Below the pieces are notes generated by a model, which was not told the origin of the DNA, did no database searches, and saw only the letters and a program-made list of their open reading frames with translations. This document shows positions 1 to 11,897 of a stretch of DNA of 34,372 nucleotides, piece by piece (position 1 is the first letter of the stretch; every line of letters begins with the position of its first letter). Source of the stretch: Dirinaria sp. TL-2023a (Eukaryota); assembly GCA_051941275.1 (NCBI GenBank), contig JAVEBF010000072.1, forward strand, positions 1 through 34,372. Reading direction: 5' to 3'. A program made the position numbers and the translations under genes.

Positions 1-1796
1 GTAATCTCCCAAACACGGTTACACAGCGTGTCGCGCGTCTCGAGACTGCAGGTGGTGGCGGCGATGAAGAGCGGCCAGATGGGGTAGAGCGCCGTGTAGA
101 GCGGGCCGGAGACGGGGAGGGAGAGGATGAGATTGGCGAGCTTGTCGTTCAGTTCTCTTATTGCGGGGTGCGATCGCGTTAGGCTATGTAACGGTGAGAA
201 GTTAGTCGGTTGGCTGATCGGGCATAGTGAGATTTTGTGGGGGAAAAAAAGAACATACCCGACAAACCGGCACTGGAGATAGATCTGTGCTGCGAGACGA
301 TACGTTTCGGCGGTCCGGTTGACGACTTCCAGCGCTTTTCCCGACACGTCGGTCGTCCATTGATGCAGGTTGGTAAGCTGATCTTCGAGTAGGGCAGCGC
401 ACGACGCTTTGTAATCACGTCGAATGAAGGGCCCGTCGACTACGAGAGTTGTTATGAATTCTATGATGGAGAGGAGCTGTTGCGAAAGGCCGAGGGCTGG
501 GCAGATCCGCTGCGATTCGGGATCCACGTATCCTAGCGAGTTATGTGCCCATTTGGTAGATTTCGGTCGAGTGCTTCGCATGGTATTGATCGACTGCGCG
601 GCGCCGGCAAGAATTAAGTGATACCGCATGAAAACAGCTGATTCGCAGTCGACAACGACATCGCGCTCTGGAAGCACGTCAAGCATTTTGATGTGGCAAG
701 TCCAGCAGACTTCCGTCTCTGGCGTCTCATTGACGATGTCGTGGTGGACGAGGAGCATTCCTGTGGCGAGGCAGCCCTCGGTTGATTGATGAGACAGCAG
801 CTCCTGACCAAGAGCTTGCACGGCTTTCAAAGCGTAATAGTGGTCAGCTTGCTGGTAGCGCTCGTTGTCCGTCATAAGGCAATCCTTGAGGTATGAGGCG
901 CTTAAGCTGAGAAGAGCAAAGAGTGTACTTTGGGACTGGTCTGCAATGGCGAGAAGATTGATGTAGGCGTTGGTGTTGGTTATTAGTGTCCGTCGGGGAC
1001 ACAGCCAATTAATATCTGTGTACCGTCAATATGACTCGATCAACGAAGGTGTATGAGGTGGTGTGGTACAATAGTCAGCTAGTGTGTATTCCAGATCACT
1101 GTTCAGCAAATTGCGTATTCCAGGAGTGCCTGGGCCAGGTCCAACGGGGGAATCAAAGGACCAGCATATATCGTCGAGATTTTTAAATCTTGTATCTATC
1201 TCTATTGCTGCTTTTCTGGGCGGCTTCGAATGCTCGCGGGACGGGGGGAAAGATCGCGTTCGTGTCATTGACCGTGATCGTGATGATGGTGGTGTGGTTG
1301 ATCTCGAACTCGGACTTGAGCCCGGGGAGCCTGACATATCAGCGACGTACACAATCCCAAAGCACGGAGACTCACTGTCCCATTCCTGGATAAATACATC
1401 GAAGGCATCGAATTTGCTCTCTTGGACACGCTTCACGCGGTATTTGATGAAAGCTGTAGATTTCGGATCTCTGACCAAATCAAGGTACAATGGTTGCTGA
1501 TTGAGGCCTTGCTTTAGAGTTTCGAAATCTTTGCTGTTGAGATCACCCAGTCGCCAATAGAACTGGCCCAGCACTTCGAGCATGACCACGCCAGGTCCAT
1601 CTGTCACCATCCAATCACGAACCATCTGCAGGTTTCGTCGAGTGTTCTTTCCCTTGCTATCAGTTGGTAGGTCGACCACCTTGGCCAACAGCCTGTCAAT
1701 ATAGACGCATTCAAGACGCTCATAGTCGAAGATCGAAGAGAGATGCTGCAGGGCATCGTTCGCAGCATTTCTGGCCTTTCCAAGCTTTGTATCCAT
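1..1796 (-). CDS. Fungal-specific transcription factor domain protein (Fungal_trans_2/PF11951-like), 3' end runs off window; exons 1796-1376, 1330-1070, 1015-259, 183-<1
   Basis: Removing introns 1331-1375 (GTGAGT..GCTGAT..CAG), 1016-1069 (GTACCA..TTGAC..CAG) and 184-258 (GTATGT..CTAAC..TAG) gives a continuous frame with LADYYINWLCP, FALLSLSASYL, TAETYRLAAQIYLQCR and YPIWPLFIAA, which are typical of the Fungal_trans_2 domain. No Zn2Cys6 motif seen. Confidence 0.8.
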
Positions 1797-4791
1797 GGCT
1801 TCGAGTAACAGGAATTTGACCCCGCACGTAATGCCGATGGAGATCAGCGCTTGCTATGCTACGTTTTGCAATGGGATGTAGGAAGATACAACAGCGAAAG
1901 ACGACTAGACAAAGGAAGGTATTGACAAGCAAAGCTGCACGAGAATTGGTTCAGGTAGAACCCGAGAAAACAGAGATTTTCAACTTCTGATCAGTCATGC
2001 CAAGACAAGGTTTGATAGAAGTCGCCCAAAGTGTCAGACCTGAACAACATCAGAATCTAAAGCACCCCAACTAATGCTCCGGTTTCCAAATTCCGAAAAC
2101 GTGGAAGCCATGATCACAACCCTGCGTAATTCGAGCGGAGAAGATCATCGGCCTGAGGTATTCGAGGAGGAGGCGCTGAGAAGGAGGCGCCGAGACGATT
2201 GTCATGCACGTTGGATCCCGTTTCGTGATTAGGACGATTATACGGAACAGCCTTGGCTAGAATCATGATCTGCCCGAAATTACTTTAGCAGGGTAGTAGC
2301 GTAGTAGTCGTGTTTAGTAGGTCGGTCAGCTGAGCTTGAAATTGGGGTTTGAGGCTCTTCCCATTGCTGGCTATTCCTGGAGGATTTTAGCCCAACGAGT
2401 CTGCGTATGAGCGTGCATCTTGAGCCGCTCCAAGGAACCTCCGCCTCCACAAATCGGCGTGCCAGCCTTGACCTCTGATTCGCTCCTAAAAGCGTTTGTC
2501 CTGGCTATTTTGAAGTCGCAGCATAATCTTGAGTTGACTATCGCAACCTCATTCGAAGCAAGGGCACAATCAATCATGCTCTACCTTAACATGAGGTTCA
2601 TCTCTACAGTAGAATTCCTCAACATTACCAATTTCAAAAAAGTTTCGAGAGAGACTTTTATTAGATCATACCGCAACCTCTTTGGTGCTAAGCCGATGCA
2701 TGTCATGAGACTCACGGACCAAAGGGTTGGTTGCCTGACATGCAGGGAAAGTTACTGTACTCTACCTTAGGCAGCTTACGGTACATGTAGCCAGCCTCGT
2801 CAGCTCGCGCACTATTCCATGGCCGTGAGCCCACATGCTTAAGGTACGAGCTACAGCTCGGAGATCGGCGCCCACAATCGCATCCCCTCTGAGACTGCCG
2901 CAGTAGACCCTGGAGAGCTCCCAAAGGGGTACCTTTCGTCTATTGCAACGGTTGCGAATTAACCCTTATCATGATTGTCGATGGCTAGGCTTCTTTAGAT
3001 CATCTGGTCTTATTAACGCCTTAGGATCGGAGGTCGAGCAACTTGCGAAATGGGTGATGATGGGTCGCAGATTCGCAGTTTGCAGAGCTAACCGGAGCCT
3101 ACTGCTCCAGAAGGCGACCCCCACGTGTCAAGGAGGCCTAATAGTACGGTTTCATTGACGCGTATGGGGCGACACGCCCGTCAGTACCGAGCCTAGAGGT
3201 CTACTTTCTAATCACTACATGAACACGTCGTACGTGAGTAGCAATGGATACGGTTCAATAAAATTCCAGATCGTGCGAAAGTCTGTTTCAAAAGAGCGAG
3301 ACTGTGGCACAGCCTGCGTGGCCCTCGAATCTTGACTATTATGATACACTTCGCCTTATGCGGGCCGCTCTTAAAACTCCATATCTTAGTGGAGGTCATA
3401 TCGTTGAATGTCGATCATTATCTGAATGCAACAGTCATCCCTTATGGTTTGAGGAATGGTGTAGCCAACAGTGGTTCGGGTTTTACTGATATAATTCTTC
3501 AAATCGATGATCACAGTACCCTGATCTTCAATCTTGTTGAAAATGTATCACACACAGGGCGCTCCAAATTTTTTTCGGCTGGAAATTCCCGAAATGAGGA
3601 AAAAGTACGAGGGCAGGATGACCGGCGTTCTTGAACGCACCTTCAAGACGATCTGCCATGCAAATAAGATAAGTGCGTAATGTCAAGTAAAGCATGCGCA
3701 TGCACGATCTCGTTATACTTTTGTTCGCTGACTGCTTCTTCAGCTGCTACCAAGGTCACAACAAAACCAGTGAATTTATGAGCTTGATACTAGTTAATTT
3801 TTAACTTCAGGTAGCATCATACCATTCGCGGGCATTCATGGGGAAGACCATCGGATTCTTTAGTCATGCGGAAACACAGAATAAAAAATGGTCTCCTCCT
3901 GAATCCAGATCAGTAGTCTCCACATGGTTTAAACACGGCCGCACGGCCTCAGCGAGCTTGACCGCTCCATAGATCATGACACCCCAGTGAAACTGGATGA
4001 CAATGAAAAAGAGTAAAGGAGTCGATAGGTTGAACGCGATCCGATGCCTACTGAGTATAGGCTCTCTTACCGCAGCCCACGGAAAATATGTGTGGCACGT
4101 TAGCTCAAAGCGTTGACGGTTCCTGGATCCTTCGTTACTGAGAAGCTAGTATTTTTTATTCATTCCCTTTTAGATTGCCGAGGAGGCGCAATTTCCAGCT
4201 TACGAATCCTTCAGCATGCGATCGGCCGTAAGGCTAGAGGGCCCCCTTTCTTCCTTGTGGAGGCTCAGTGGCCATTGCGGGCAGGGCTGAGTAGTGGGGG
4301 ATTATCTTCAGGTAGCTTTGCTAAATAAACTCAGGTACATTATTACCTTAGCTAAGGTAAGATCTTACCTAAAGGTGCTACTACTGGGCTATACCTGGAA
4401 CCCTTTTTTAGACCCCTCAATTTCTGCTCTCATGGCACTGACTTCAAACTTGCAACAGGGCTGAAAATATGTCGTATCAGCATTCGATCAGTGAGAGCGC
4501 GTTATGAAACGCCTACGTCGTTGGCAGTCTAACATACTTCGCCGCGCTCAGGCGCTGTGAGTAAACTAAGTCCAGCGAGAGTATGCTCGAGCATCCTCTG
4601 CATTTTTTCGTAAATACATCTGGCTTAGGACCATGGAGTGGAAAGAGCGTGAGCCTGACATAAGTCAAATGTAAGATTAGAGTCTCTCCTTGTTCTTGTC
4701 AATTCTCATTGATCAACCCTCATTGATTCCATATCGCGCTCATTTACGCCGTATACCTTCCTTGGCCCAAGAAGATCAGCGCCCTACCAAG

Positions 4792-6653
4792 ATGGCTCTT
4801 GATATCCTAATGGTTGGTGGCCCGCAGCACTTATTGCTTTATGTATACAGCTCGCCTGTGCGGACCTTGTTTGCCGTTCTTGCTTCTCTTTGTATCTTCA
4901 CGCGCATCTTCACCGGCTTCCAACATGCAAGATCCACATCTGAGGTGGTCATGCGTGAGAAAAAAGCGCGCTCGATTCCCTATTGGGTCCCATTTGTCGG
5001 GTCTGCAGTATCTTTTGCTACTGATATCCAAGGAAGTATCACCAGAGGCCGGTATGTATCGAGTCGTTCCCTTTCAGTTTTTCAAGGATGGTACCAACCA
5101 AAACCAGGGACTTGACCAACGATGGTATCACGGCTTACAGACTTGGCCCCACCAAGTATTATGTCGTCAACATGCCTTCGATCGTCAAACAAGTTTTCGC
5201 CAAAAAGCTCACCGTCCTCAACAAGGAGAATATACTCCTCTGGTTTCTGAAAGTTACGTTTGCCGATGGCAATGCGGCGCGCAAGGAAGCTCATGCTTTC
5301 CATGCATCGCATAAGAATCTGGACTTGATGCTAAGGGATAAATGGGTCAGCGATGCTACGACAAGGACAGCACATGCTGTCGAGCAGCGTGCCTCATCTC
5401 TAATCTCGTTCGCTTCAAAGCCACAAGACCAGCAAGTCTGGGAAAGGCTTGGTAAGGTTGAGCCGGTAGACAACAACACTGCCGATGCAGACCTCTATGC
5501 GCTCATCGTCAATTTCGTGGCGGACATAATTACGCCCTTACTCTTCGGCCGGGCCTTCGTGGACAATTACCCCGAGTGTCACGAAGATCTGTGGATCTTT
5601 GACTCTGGAGTCCATCACCTCGTCACCAGCGTGCTGGCCCTGACTCCCACGGCACGCCGCGCCACAGCAGCCCGGACACGCATGCTGAACGCCATTTCAG
5701 AATGGCATCAAGCTGTCGCCACATTCCAGCGAGGCGAAGATCCCGGCCCAAAATGGGCCGATTTATCCGACGTCTCTGAACTGATGCAACTCAGGGTCAA
5801 AGAATGGGAAGCGAATCACGCATCCCGGAAACTCTCAACCACAAATGACATGTCGGTGCTCTGGGGCGCGAACGCCAATTCAAACAAGAACATCTTCTGG
5901 ATGCTCCTGCAGATCTACTCGCGGCCGTCTCTCCTCTCGGCTATCCGCGCCGAGATCGCGCCTTATATCTCTCTCTCCCCGTGCTCCTCGCCCCTCCCCA
6001 AACCCACCAGCCTCCACTTCGACATCGAAGGCGTCACGAAACAGTGTCCTTTATTAAAAGCAACCTTCTACGAAACAATGCGAGTCAACATGTCCGGGCT
6101 CGGGATACGCTCCGTAGCGCAAGACCTAACCGTCACAGAATCCGCCGCAGACGCCTGTCTATTCGGCAAGAGCGCACCCCAATCTTACACCATCCCGGCA
6201 GGGAGCATGCTCGTGCTGGCGAACGGCAGCATGCAACAAGACGCCCGCCTGTTCCCATCCCCACACATCTTCGACCCAGAACGCTTCCTCTTCCCCGTCG
6301 AAGGCGAACCGGATAGAAAGCAGGCCGTGATGAAAAACCTAAATTCCTTCGGCGGCGGCACGTATAAATGTAAAGGACGCACGTTTGCAGAAAAGGAGAT
6401 GGTGCTTTTCGTGGCTGGGAGTTTATATCTTTGGGAACTAGAGATGCCCGATGGGGGAGAGATCACGGTTCCCGAGATGGGGCTTGCGGGTGCGAGTCGG
6501 AGCCCTAAGAGGGACGTGAGGGTCAGGTTGAGGAGAAGAGGGGCTGCTGGTAGTAGTTACGGTAGTATTGGGAAGAAGAATCGAGAGACGGCTGTGAGAG
6601 GTAACAGTCATGTTCTAGATGAGTTCGGCGCGCATGGGTTGTGCTTGATGTAA
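4792..6653 (+). CDS. Cytochrome P450, CYP7/CYP8-like (group IV); exons 4792-5051, 5108-6653
   Basis: N-terminal hydrophobic anchor then IPYWVPFVG; intron 5052-5107 (GTATGT..CAG); ExxR (ETMR), PERF and heme motif FGGGTYKCKG; I-helix WGANANS lacks the usual AGxDT. Confidence 0.92.
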
Positions 6654-7544
6654 TGATTGGATGTTTCGAATACTCAATTTAGTTTGCACTCGACTCCATG
6701 CTTTTGTCTTTTTCGAACGCTGTGTTGCGTTGCCCTTTTTAAGGTAGATACTTGTAGATACTCTATACAATACGATAACCACAAGGCGCACATTACCTTA
6801 CCTTACTCTGCTTCGTGAGATACATCACCTCCATTTTGCTCTGCTTCAAAAATTTCATAAACCATTCCTCTGCGAAAACCCGCGCCACTATATGATGTTC
6901 CCCCGAGGTGATTAATCAAGTGATGCACATCGGTAAAAGCTGTTAGCACTTAGCAGCCTCGTAGCAATGGCATTTTTCAATCATTATTAGAAACGCAATG
7001 AGATTTCTTATAGCATCATCGCAGCTCGAATTTCATTGCGGGGAATATTAGGATGGCTACTGCATAGTTGTTGAGCCTATTGTCAGAAAAGTCTTCAACG
7101 GTGAGTTCGAGATTACCGGGATAAACCCGGTTGAATTACCGTGTGGGAGAATAAATGCAGGCGTCGATGCAGGCAAAATTTCCCTCTGCAGGCTCAAGGT
7201 TCTCATTTTAATTCAGACAGAGAGCATGCAGAGTTTTTTCCTATCTCGAAAGTATTTCAGAGATTTTCTAGTCGAATCATCTCGGAATTTGCTGCAGGCT
7301 TCATTCTCCCTATGCTACTACTACTTAAAAAATGTTTCTTCGCTAGTAAGCAAGATCGGCTCGATCGGATATCTGCCTGTCGGTAACTGCCTTAGGGTTC
7401 GGAGCGGGCTTCACATGACGTCGGAATTTGGCTTGGCGTCTGCACCATTTTTGCTAGAACGTACTCGACGGATTACGATTGACGAACAAGCTGCCCTTCG
7501 ATTCTCACCCTTCTTTTTCTACGCCACTATCCTAAAACGCCAAA

Positions 7545-7772
7545 GTGGCTTCCTCAAATATCCTGCAAACCATAGCTTCAGCTGCTGCGAAAATCAATTT
7601 GACTTGGGAAAAATTCTCAGGCATCCTCGAGCCCCACCTCGCATCCATCCCAACCTTCCTTCACCGCATACTCCCTCAGCCTATCGCAGAACCACTGACC
7701 GATTTGCTCACCAGTGCAGATTCGGCAACCCTCACGACTCTACTTCTCTCTCTTTTCTTTCTCCTTTTCTCA
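7545..7772 (+). other. Putative GUG-initiated in-frame N-terminal extension (76 aa, ends in hydrophobic segment) of the BAG protein
   Basis: GTG at 7545 in context GCCAAA-GTG-G, just after an in-frame TAA (7533); frame open to the ATG at 7773; no ATG in any frame between; encodes ATLTTLLLSLFFLLFS. Confidence 0.5.
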
Positions 7773-8825
7773 ATGTCAGGCTGGGGACGCCGCTTTTGGC
7801 CCTCAGGCCGCTACTCACCTTTCGGCGCCGGCGTTGGAGGTCCCCCCACAGTCACCGATGATGACTACCACTACCTCGGTCCCGACGACATCGTCGATGG
7901 TCCATCTCATCGAAACGATAGCTACGGTTTTCCACGCCACAATACTTCCCGTGCGGATAGCGCGGATCCGCTCAGTCCAGACATCCTAGTCCTGAAGCAT
8001 AGAGGAACCACATACCCATTGCACTTCCAGGCTTTCTCGATTGCAGAAGGTCGGCTGAGTGTACACGAACTCAGACGATATGCAGCGGAAGCGACGAAAT
8101 GTGACGATCCCAGAAGGATCAAGCTGCTTTATAAGGGTCGGGTGTTAAAGGATGACAGCAAAGCGTGCAAGGACGAAGGCTTAAAGCAAAACAGCGAGCT
8201 CATGTGCGTAGTCAGCGAAGGCCCTACGATCAGCGGCAGCCGCTCCGAGATAGAGAGCGATGAGAGCGCAACGGAAGAAGAAGGATACGAGGACGGCGGG
8301 CCAAGGGTAGACGTGGACGGGACAATCCGTCACGAGCCGAGAAAGCGCAAGGGCCATCGAGGGGGAAAGAAACGGAGAGGTCGCGGCGGAGACAGCGGCG
8401 CAAACAGCCCGCCGCTCCCCCGAGACTCGGGCTTGCTTGCTCCAGACGCAGGCATCGCCAGAACAAGATCAAGGTCGCCCTCGCGGACACGGCAACCCTC
8501 ACAGGCACCCCCGCCACCCGTGCAGCCTTCACCAGCGCCTACCACGGCAGCTGGCCAGCTGGACCAGCTCGAGCGACTGTTTCACACGGATTTTGTACCT
8601 AAATGTGTCCAGTACACGTCGCATCCCCCCTCCGACGCGAAGACCAGGGATTTCGAATACAAGAAGTTAAGCGAAACGATCCTGACGCAAATAATACTGA
8701 AGCTGGACGCCGTGGAAACTGCAGGGGATGACGCTTTACGAGCACGGAGGAAAGAACTGGTCAGGGAGACGCAGCAGGTCTTGAATGGCTTGGATAAGGT
8801 TGGAAAAGGCTTCAACAGTCTATAA
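7773..8825 (+). CDS. BAG-domain Hsp70 co-chaperone with ubiquitin-like domain (BAG-1-like), intronless
   Basis: UBL-like segment (ILVLKHRG...RIKLLYKGRVLKDD...GLKQNSELMCV) and C-terminal BAG domain (EYKKLSETILTQIILKLDAVETAGDDALRARRKELVRETQQVLNGLD). First ATG at 7773. Confidence 0.88.
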   Translation: MSGWGRRFWPSGRYSPFGAGVGGPPTVTDDDYHYLGPDDIVDGPSHRNDSYGFPRHNTSRADSADPLSPDILVLKHRGTTYPLHFQAFSIAEGRLSVHELRRYAAEATKCDDPRRIKLLYKGRVLKDDSKACKDEGLKQNSELMCVVSEGPTISGSRSEIESDESATEEEGYEDGGPRVDVDGTIRHEPRKRKGHRGGKKRRGRGGDSGANSPPLPRDSGLLAPDAGIARTRSRSPSRTRQPSQAPPPPVQPSPAPTTAAGQLDQLERLFHTDFVPKCVQYTSHPPSDAKTRDFEYKKLSETILTQIILKLDAVETAGDDALRARRKELVRETQQVLNGLDKVGKGFNSL

Positions 8826-9355
8826 ATTTGGCACTTCTTGGTAGCCTGCGACGACGACACCACAAGAAGAGCTGACAAAGAGAAGAAGGCTAGACATCGA
8901 TTGAGAGTGGAGGAGGGACAATGTACGTACACACCGACGACATATAGAAGAGTGACGGGGGTTTTTTTTTTCTCCGTTCATGGCGAGGCGTTCAGGTCGA
9001 GGGAGCTGCTACCTTTCTTTGTACCGATGATGGATAAGTAAGATACTTTATGGGACGTGTCATTACTTATCCACGCAAAACCATAAGGTAGCTTCGGCGA
9101 TACAGGCTCATAGACGGGCCTATACGGCCAAGACTACCTACTCCACTGGACGTCCATCCTCTCTTAAATATGTTTTCAATTCTTCTGAATAGACCACCCA
9201 GCTACGAACTATATTCAAGCTTCTCCCCTTTTGCGGGATATGTTGTAACAGACTGGATATACTTTCTTGAAAAAGAAAATCCAAAGGAAAAAAACAAAAA
9301 TGTGCTTTACTCAGTCACCAGTTTCCTCCCCCGCTCTAAACCTCCTCACTCATCT

Positions 9356-9388
9356 ATCTATACCTATACCTATGCCTACACCTATACG
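9356..9388 (+). repeat. Degenerate hexamer tandem repeat (TATACC-like)
   Basis: tctatacctatacctatgcctacacctatac between the convergent BAG and ARE genes. Confidence 0.55.
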
Positions 9389-9463
9389 TTCGTTTCGTAG
9401 ATTAAGTGCAGAATATTTTAGATCTAATCTAGCATGGAGGCCATGGTTTCCTACATCCTCTCC

Positions 9464-9482
9464 TTTTTTTTTTTTTTTTTTT
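9464..9482 (+). repeat. Poly-T tract (T19)
   Basis: Directly visible homopolymer. Confidence 0.85.
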
Positions 9483-10068
9483 CTCCTTTCAAACCCCCTC
9501 CGCGAGAGAGAGCGAGGTATCTATCTACTCTGTCTAACCCCCGTCCTAACCTCCCCCGATCCTTCCGTCCGTCCGTTCATTCGATCGATCGATAAATTAG
9601 TAACACCATCACACTTACGTCACACAACGACGGGATACATTTATTATATATTATACCATTGAAATGGGTGTGGCACTGCCTGTTTTTATTTGGTGTTGGC
9701 GGGGGTATGGGTATGAAAAAGGAAGGATGTGTAGGATGGAATGGGAGTTGCGAAGGAGCGGGGATAACAGGGGAGGATAATAGGGATATGTGAAGGGATG
9801 GAGTGAGAGAGCTATTTCTTCTTTAGAGAAAAGGGGGCCGGTCGGATTTTGTGGTATCTATATCATTTCATTTTCTTTTTGTATTTCCATATTATTGATC
9901 ACAAACGCCAGTACCTTAGTGATGAGAAGGATTTTCAGAACCGCTCGCCAAAGCGCAGTAATTTTTTTTTAAAAAAAAAAATAGGAACTAGTTTTCTTCC
10001 TCCAAGGTCGTGCCCAAGTTTACACACTAGCCGACGCAAAATCCTAGTCGAGCTGTTGCTCTAACTAA

Positions 10069-11897
10069 CTACACAAGGACGTATAGGGAGCACATCTGTG
10101 AACCGTATAAGTATTGGTTCTTGAGAAGGGATCCACTCTTCGGGCTAAAGAGCGGCCATAGGTAAGGTACTTACGATAGACAGGCCCAAGATAAAAGAGA
10201 TCCAGAACATGACGTTGTTGAATAGCTTCCTGCCCCTGACGAACTTGCTCTTTTGAATGGCTACAATCGGTAGCTGGCTCATTTGAGCGAGGAAGCCATA
10301 ACCACGCAGCTTTTTCGTGATACAGCTCATCACCAGCTCGTGTCCGAAGGCGCTGATGAGGAATGTGATCAGCGTTGACATGTTCTTCGACATGTAAGGT
10401 CTCGAAGCACCGTATACATGGCGGCGCAGGAAATGATGCACCGGTATATTCCACTCGCGCGAGAACTCGAGCCAGTCGCACGAGTTCCACCAGTCTGAGT
10501 AGAAATGCCGATCCGCGAAGCAAGTGATTTCGGCAAACGCTCCTAGGACGTATTCGAAGATCACTAAGAATACCAGTAGGATAGTTAGCATGAACGGGAA
10601 GAGTAGCATGCTGATGGTTTCTGCTAGGATCAAGCCGCGCTCGTAGAAGTTGCGAACGTGGGCCAATCGTGGTGCCGCCTCGGCTAAGACGGGGACGATG
10701 AATTCTTCGCTCGTGATCGTCAGAAGGAAGATGCAGCCGAACACCGCCAGTGTCTTATAAAAAAGCTCCGTCCACTGTCGATTTTCTGTTCGAGGATATT
10801 CAAGCTCATAGCAGAGTGTAGGGCATAGAACATAATCCAAGAAGTTCGCGCTCTTGAGGTTCTGAGGATATGTTACATGCCCAAGGGGGGATGTAAGCTC
10901 TGTAGCGAGATCCTCACGCAGCTGGGTCAAAGCCTCCTTTTCATCTTCAACCTCTTTGCTCTCTCCGTCTGGACTAACTTGGGTAACGATGTTGTTCGAG
11001 CTGGGATATCGAACGGCTGCTGCAGTCGACGCATTTTCGGGCGTATCTAGGGCTGAAAGCCGGTGCTCGGTGGTGCTTAGATGGCCATTGTAGAAGGCAT
11101 AGGAATGCATTTTCATGAGGAAAACCAAGGTATGGAGGGTGAAGAAGACTTGGGCGGTCCATGTCCAATTTAGCATAAAAGGCCAGCTACCCTAGTCAGT
11201 GAAACACCCCAAAAGAGAATGGTATAGCACTTACTTAATCCATAGCACAAGCCAAACTACCTGGAATACACTCTGTACCGCCATGCCCCCTTTCTCCCAT
11301 CGTAGCCAGCCTTTGCTTCGTCGAAAAAGCATCTGTAAGGGCAAGCTAGCGTAGGTGCTGATGACCATGGCCAAATCGCTGAACGCTAACTGCCAAACGT
11401 TTGCTGTCAAAAGAGACCAAACTTCCACTCTAAGAGGATGGCCGGTGTCTTTGATGTTCCTCAACATTGTGGTTATGACCATGATGGCCAGTCCAATCCA
11501 GAACAGCACGAAAAAGCCTCTGAAGTCCTTGTATTCGCTCCTCGGGTCGAAATGTGAAACCCTGGCGCTGTAATCTATCGTAGGGAACATTCTGTGATTG
11601 TTCTGAGCGCGGATCTGCTTCCTTGCAGAGTATATTGACTTGGCTGACGGGGGGGCGTCCGGCGGAAGGGGAGTGGAGCGACCACTGTTCAGGCCGTCAA
11701 TATAGCTTGAGACTGTCGGATAACGCGTCATACCTTGAGAATCCCGATGCTACCTCTGAGTCTAGTGTATTCCCATTCGGCTTCAAGCCGCCTCTCTCTT
11801 CACTCATAGCTCGTAAGACCACGGGGTTGCCAGGCTTCATTGGGCGTGGCCGCAGTATATGGTCGCCACCATTAGTATGTTTATATGAGGTTGACAT
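10069..11897 (-). CDS. ARE2: Sterol O-acyltransferase (MBOAT, Are1/Are2 family); exons 11897-11734, 11684-11235, 11186-10175, 10095-10069
   Basis: Motifs FLMKMHSYAF, PTLCYELEYP, FYSDWWN, WNIPVHHF and catalytic His in AFGHEL; introns 11685-11733, 11187-11234 and 10096-10174 are all GT..AG; C-terminus MCSLYVLV*. Confidence 0.93.

Noticed and set aside
2340..3650. Cluster of short ORFs (e.g. 2420-2770, 3304-3489, 3332-3634) as a gene or transposon relic
   Set aside because: No recognisable motifs, no consistent splice model and no terminal repeats; cannot be supported without a search.
6636..6653. CaaX prenylation motif at the P450 C-terminus (GLCLM)
   Set aside because: Cys is third from the end, not fourth.
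7226..7861. 211-aa ORF overlapping the BAG 5' region
   Set aside because: Non-protein-like composition, spans the probable promoter, and is out of frame with BAG.
9960..9983. T9-A11 self-complementary tract as a terminator hairpin
   Set aside because: Low-complexity 3' UTR sequence; intrinsic terminators are not a Pol II feature.
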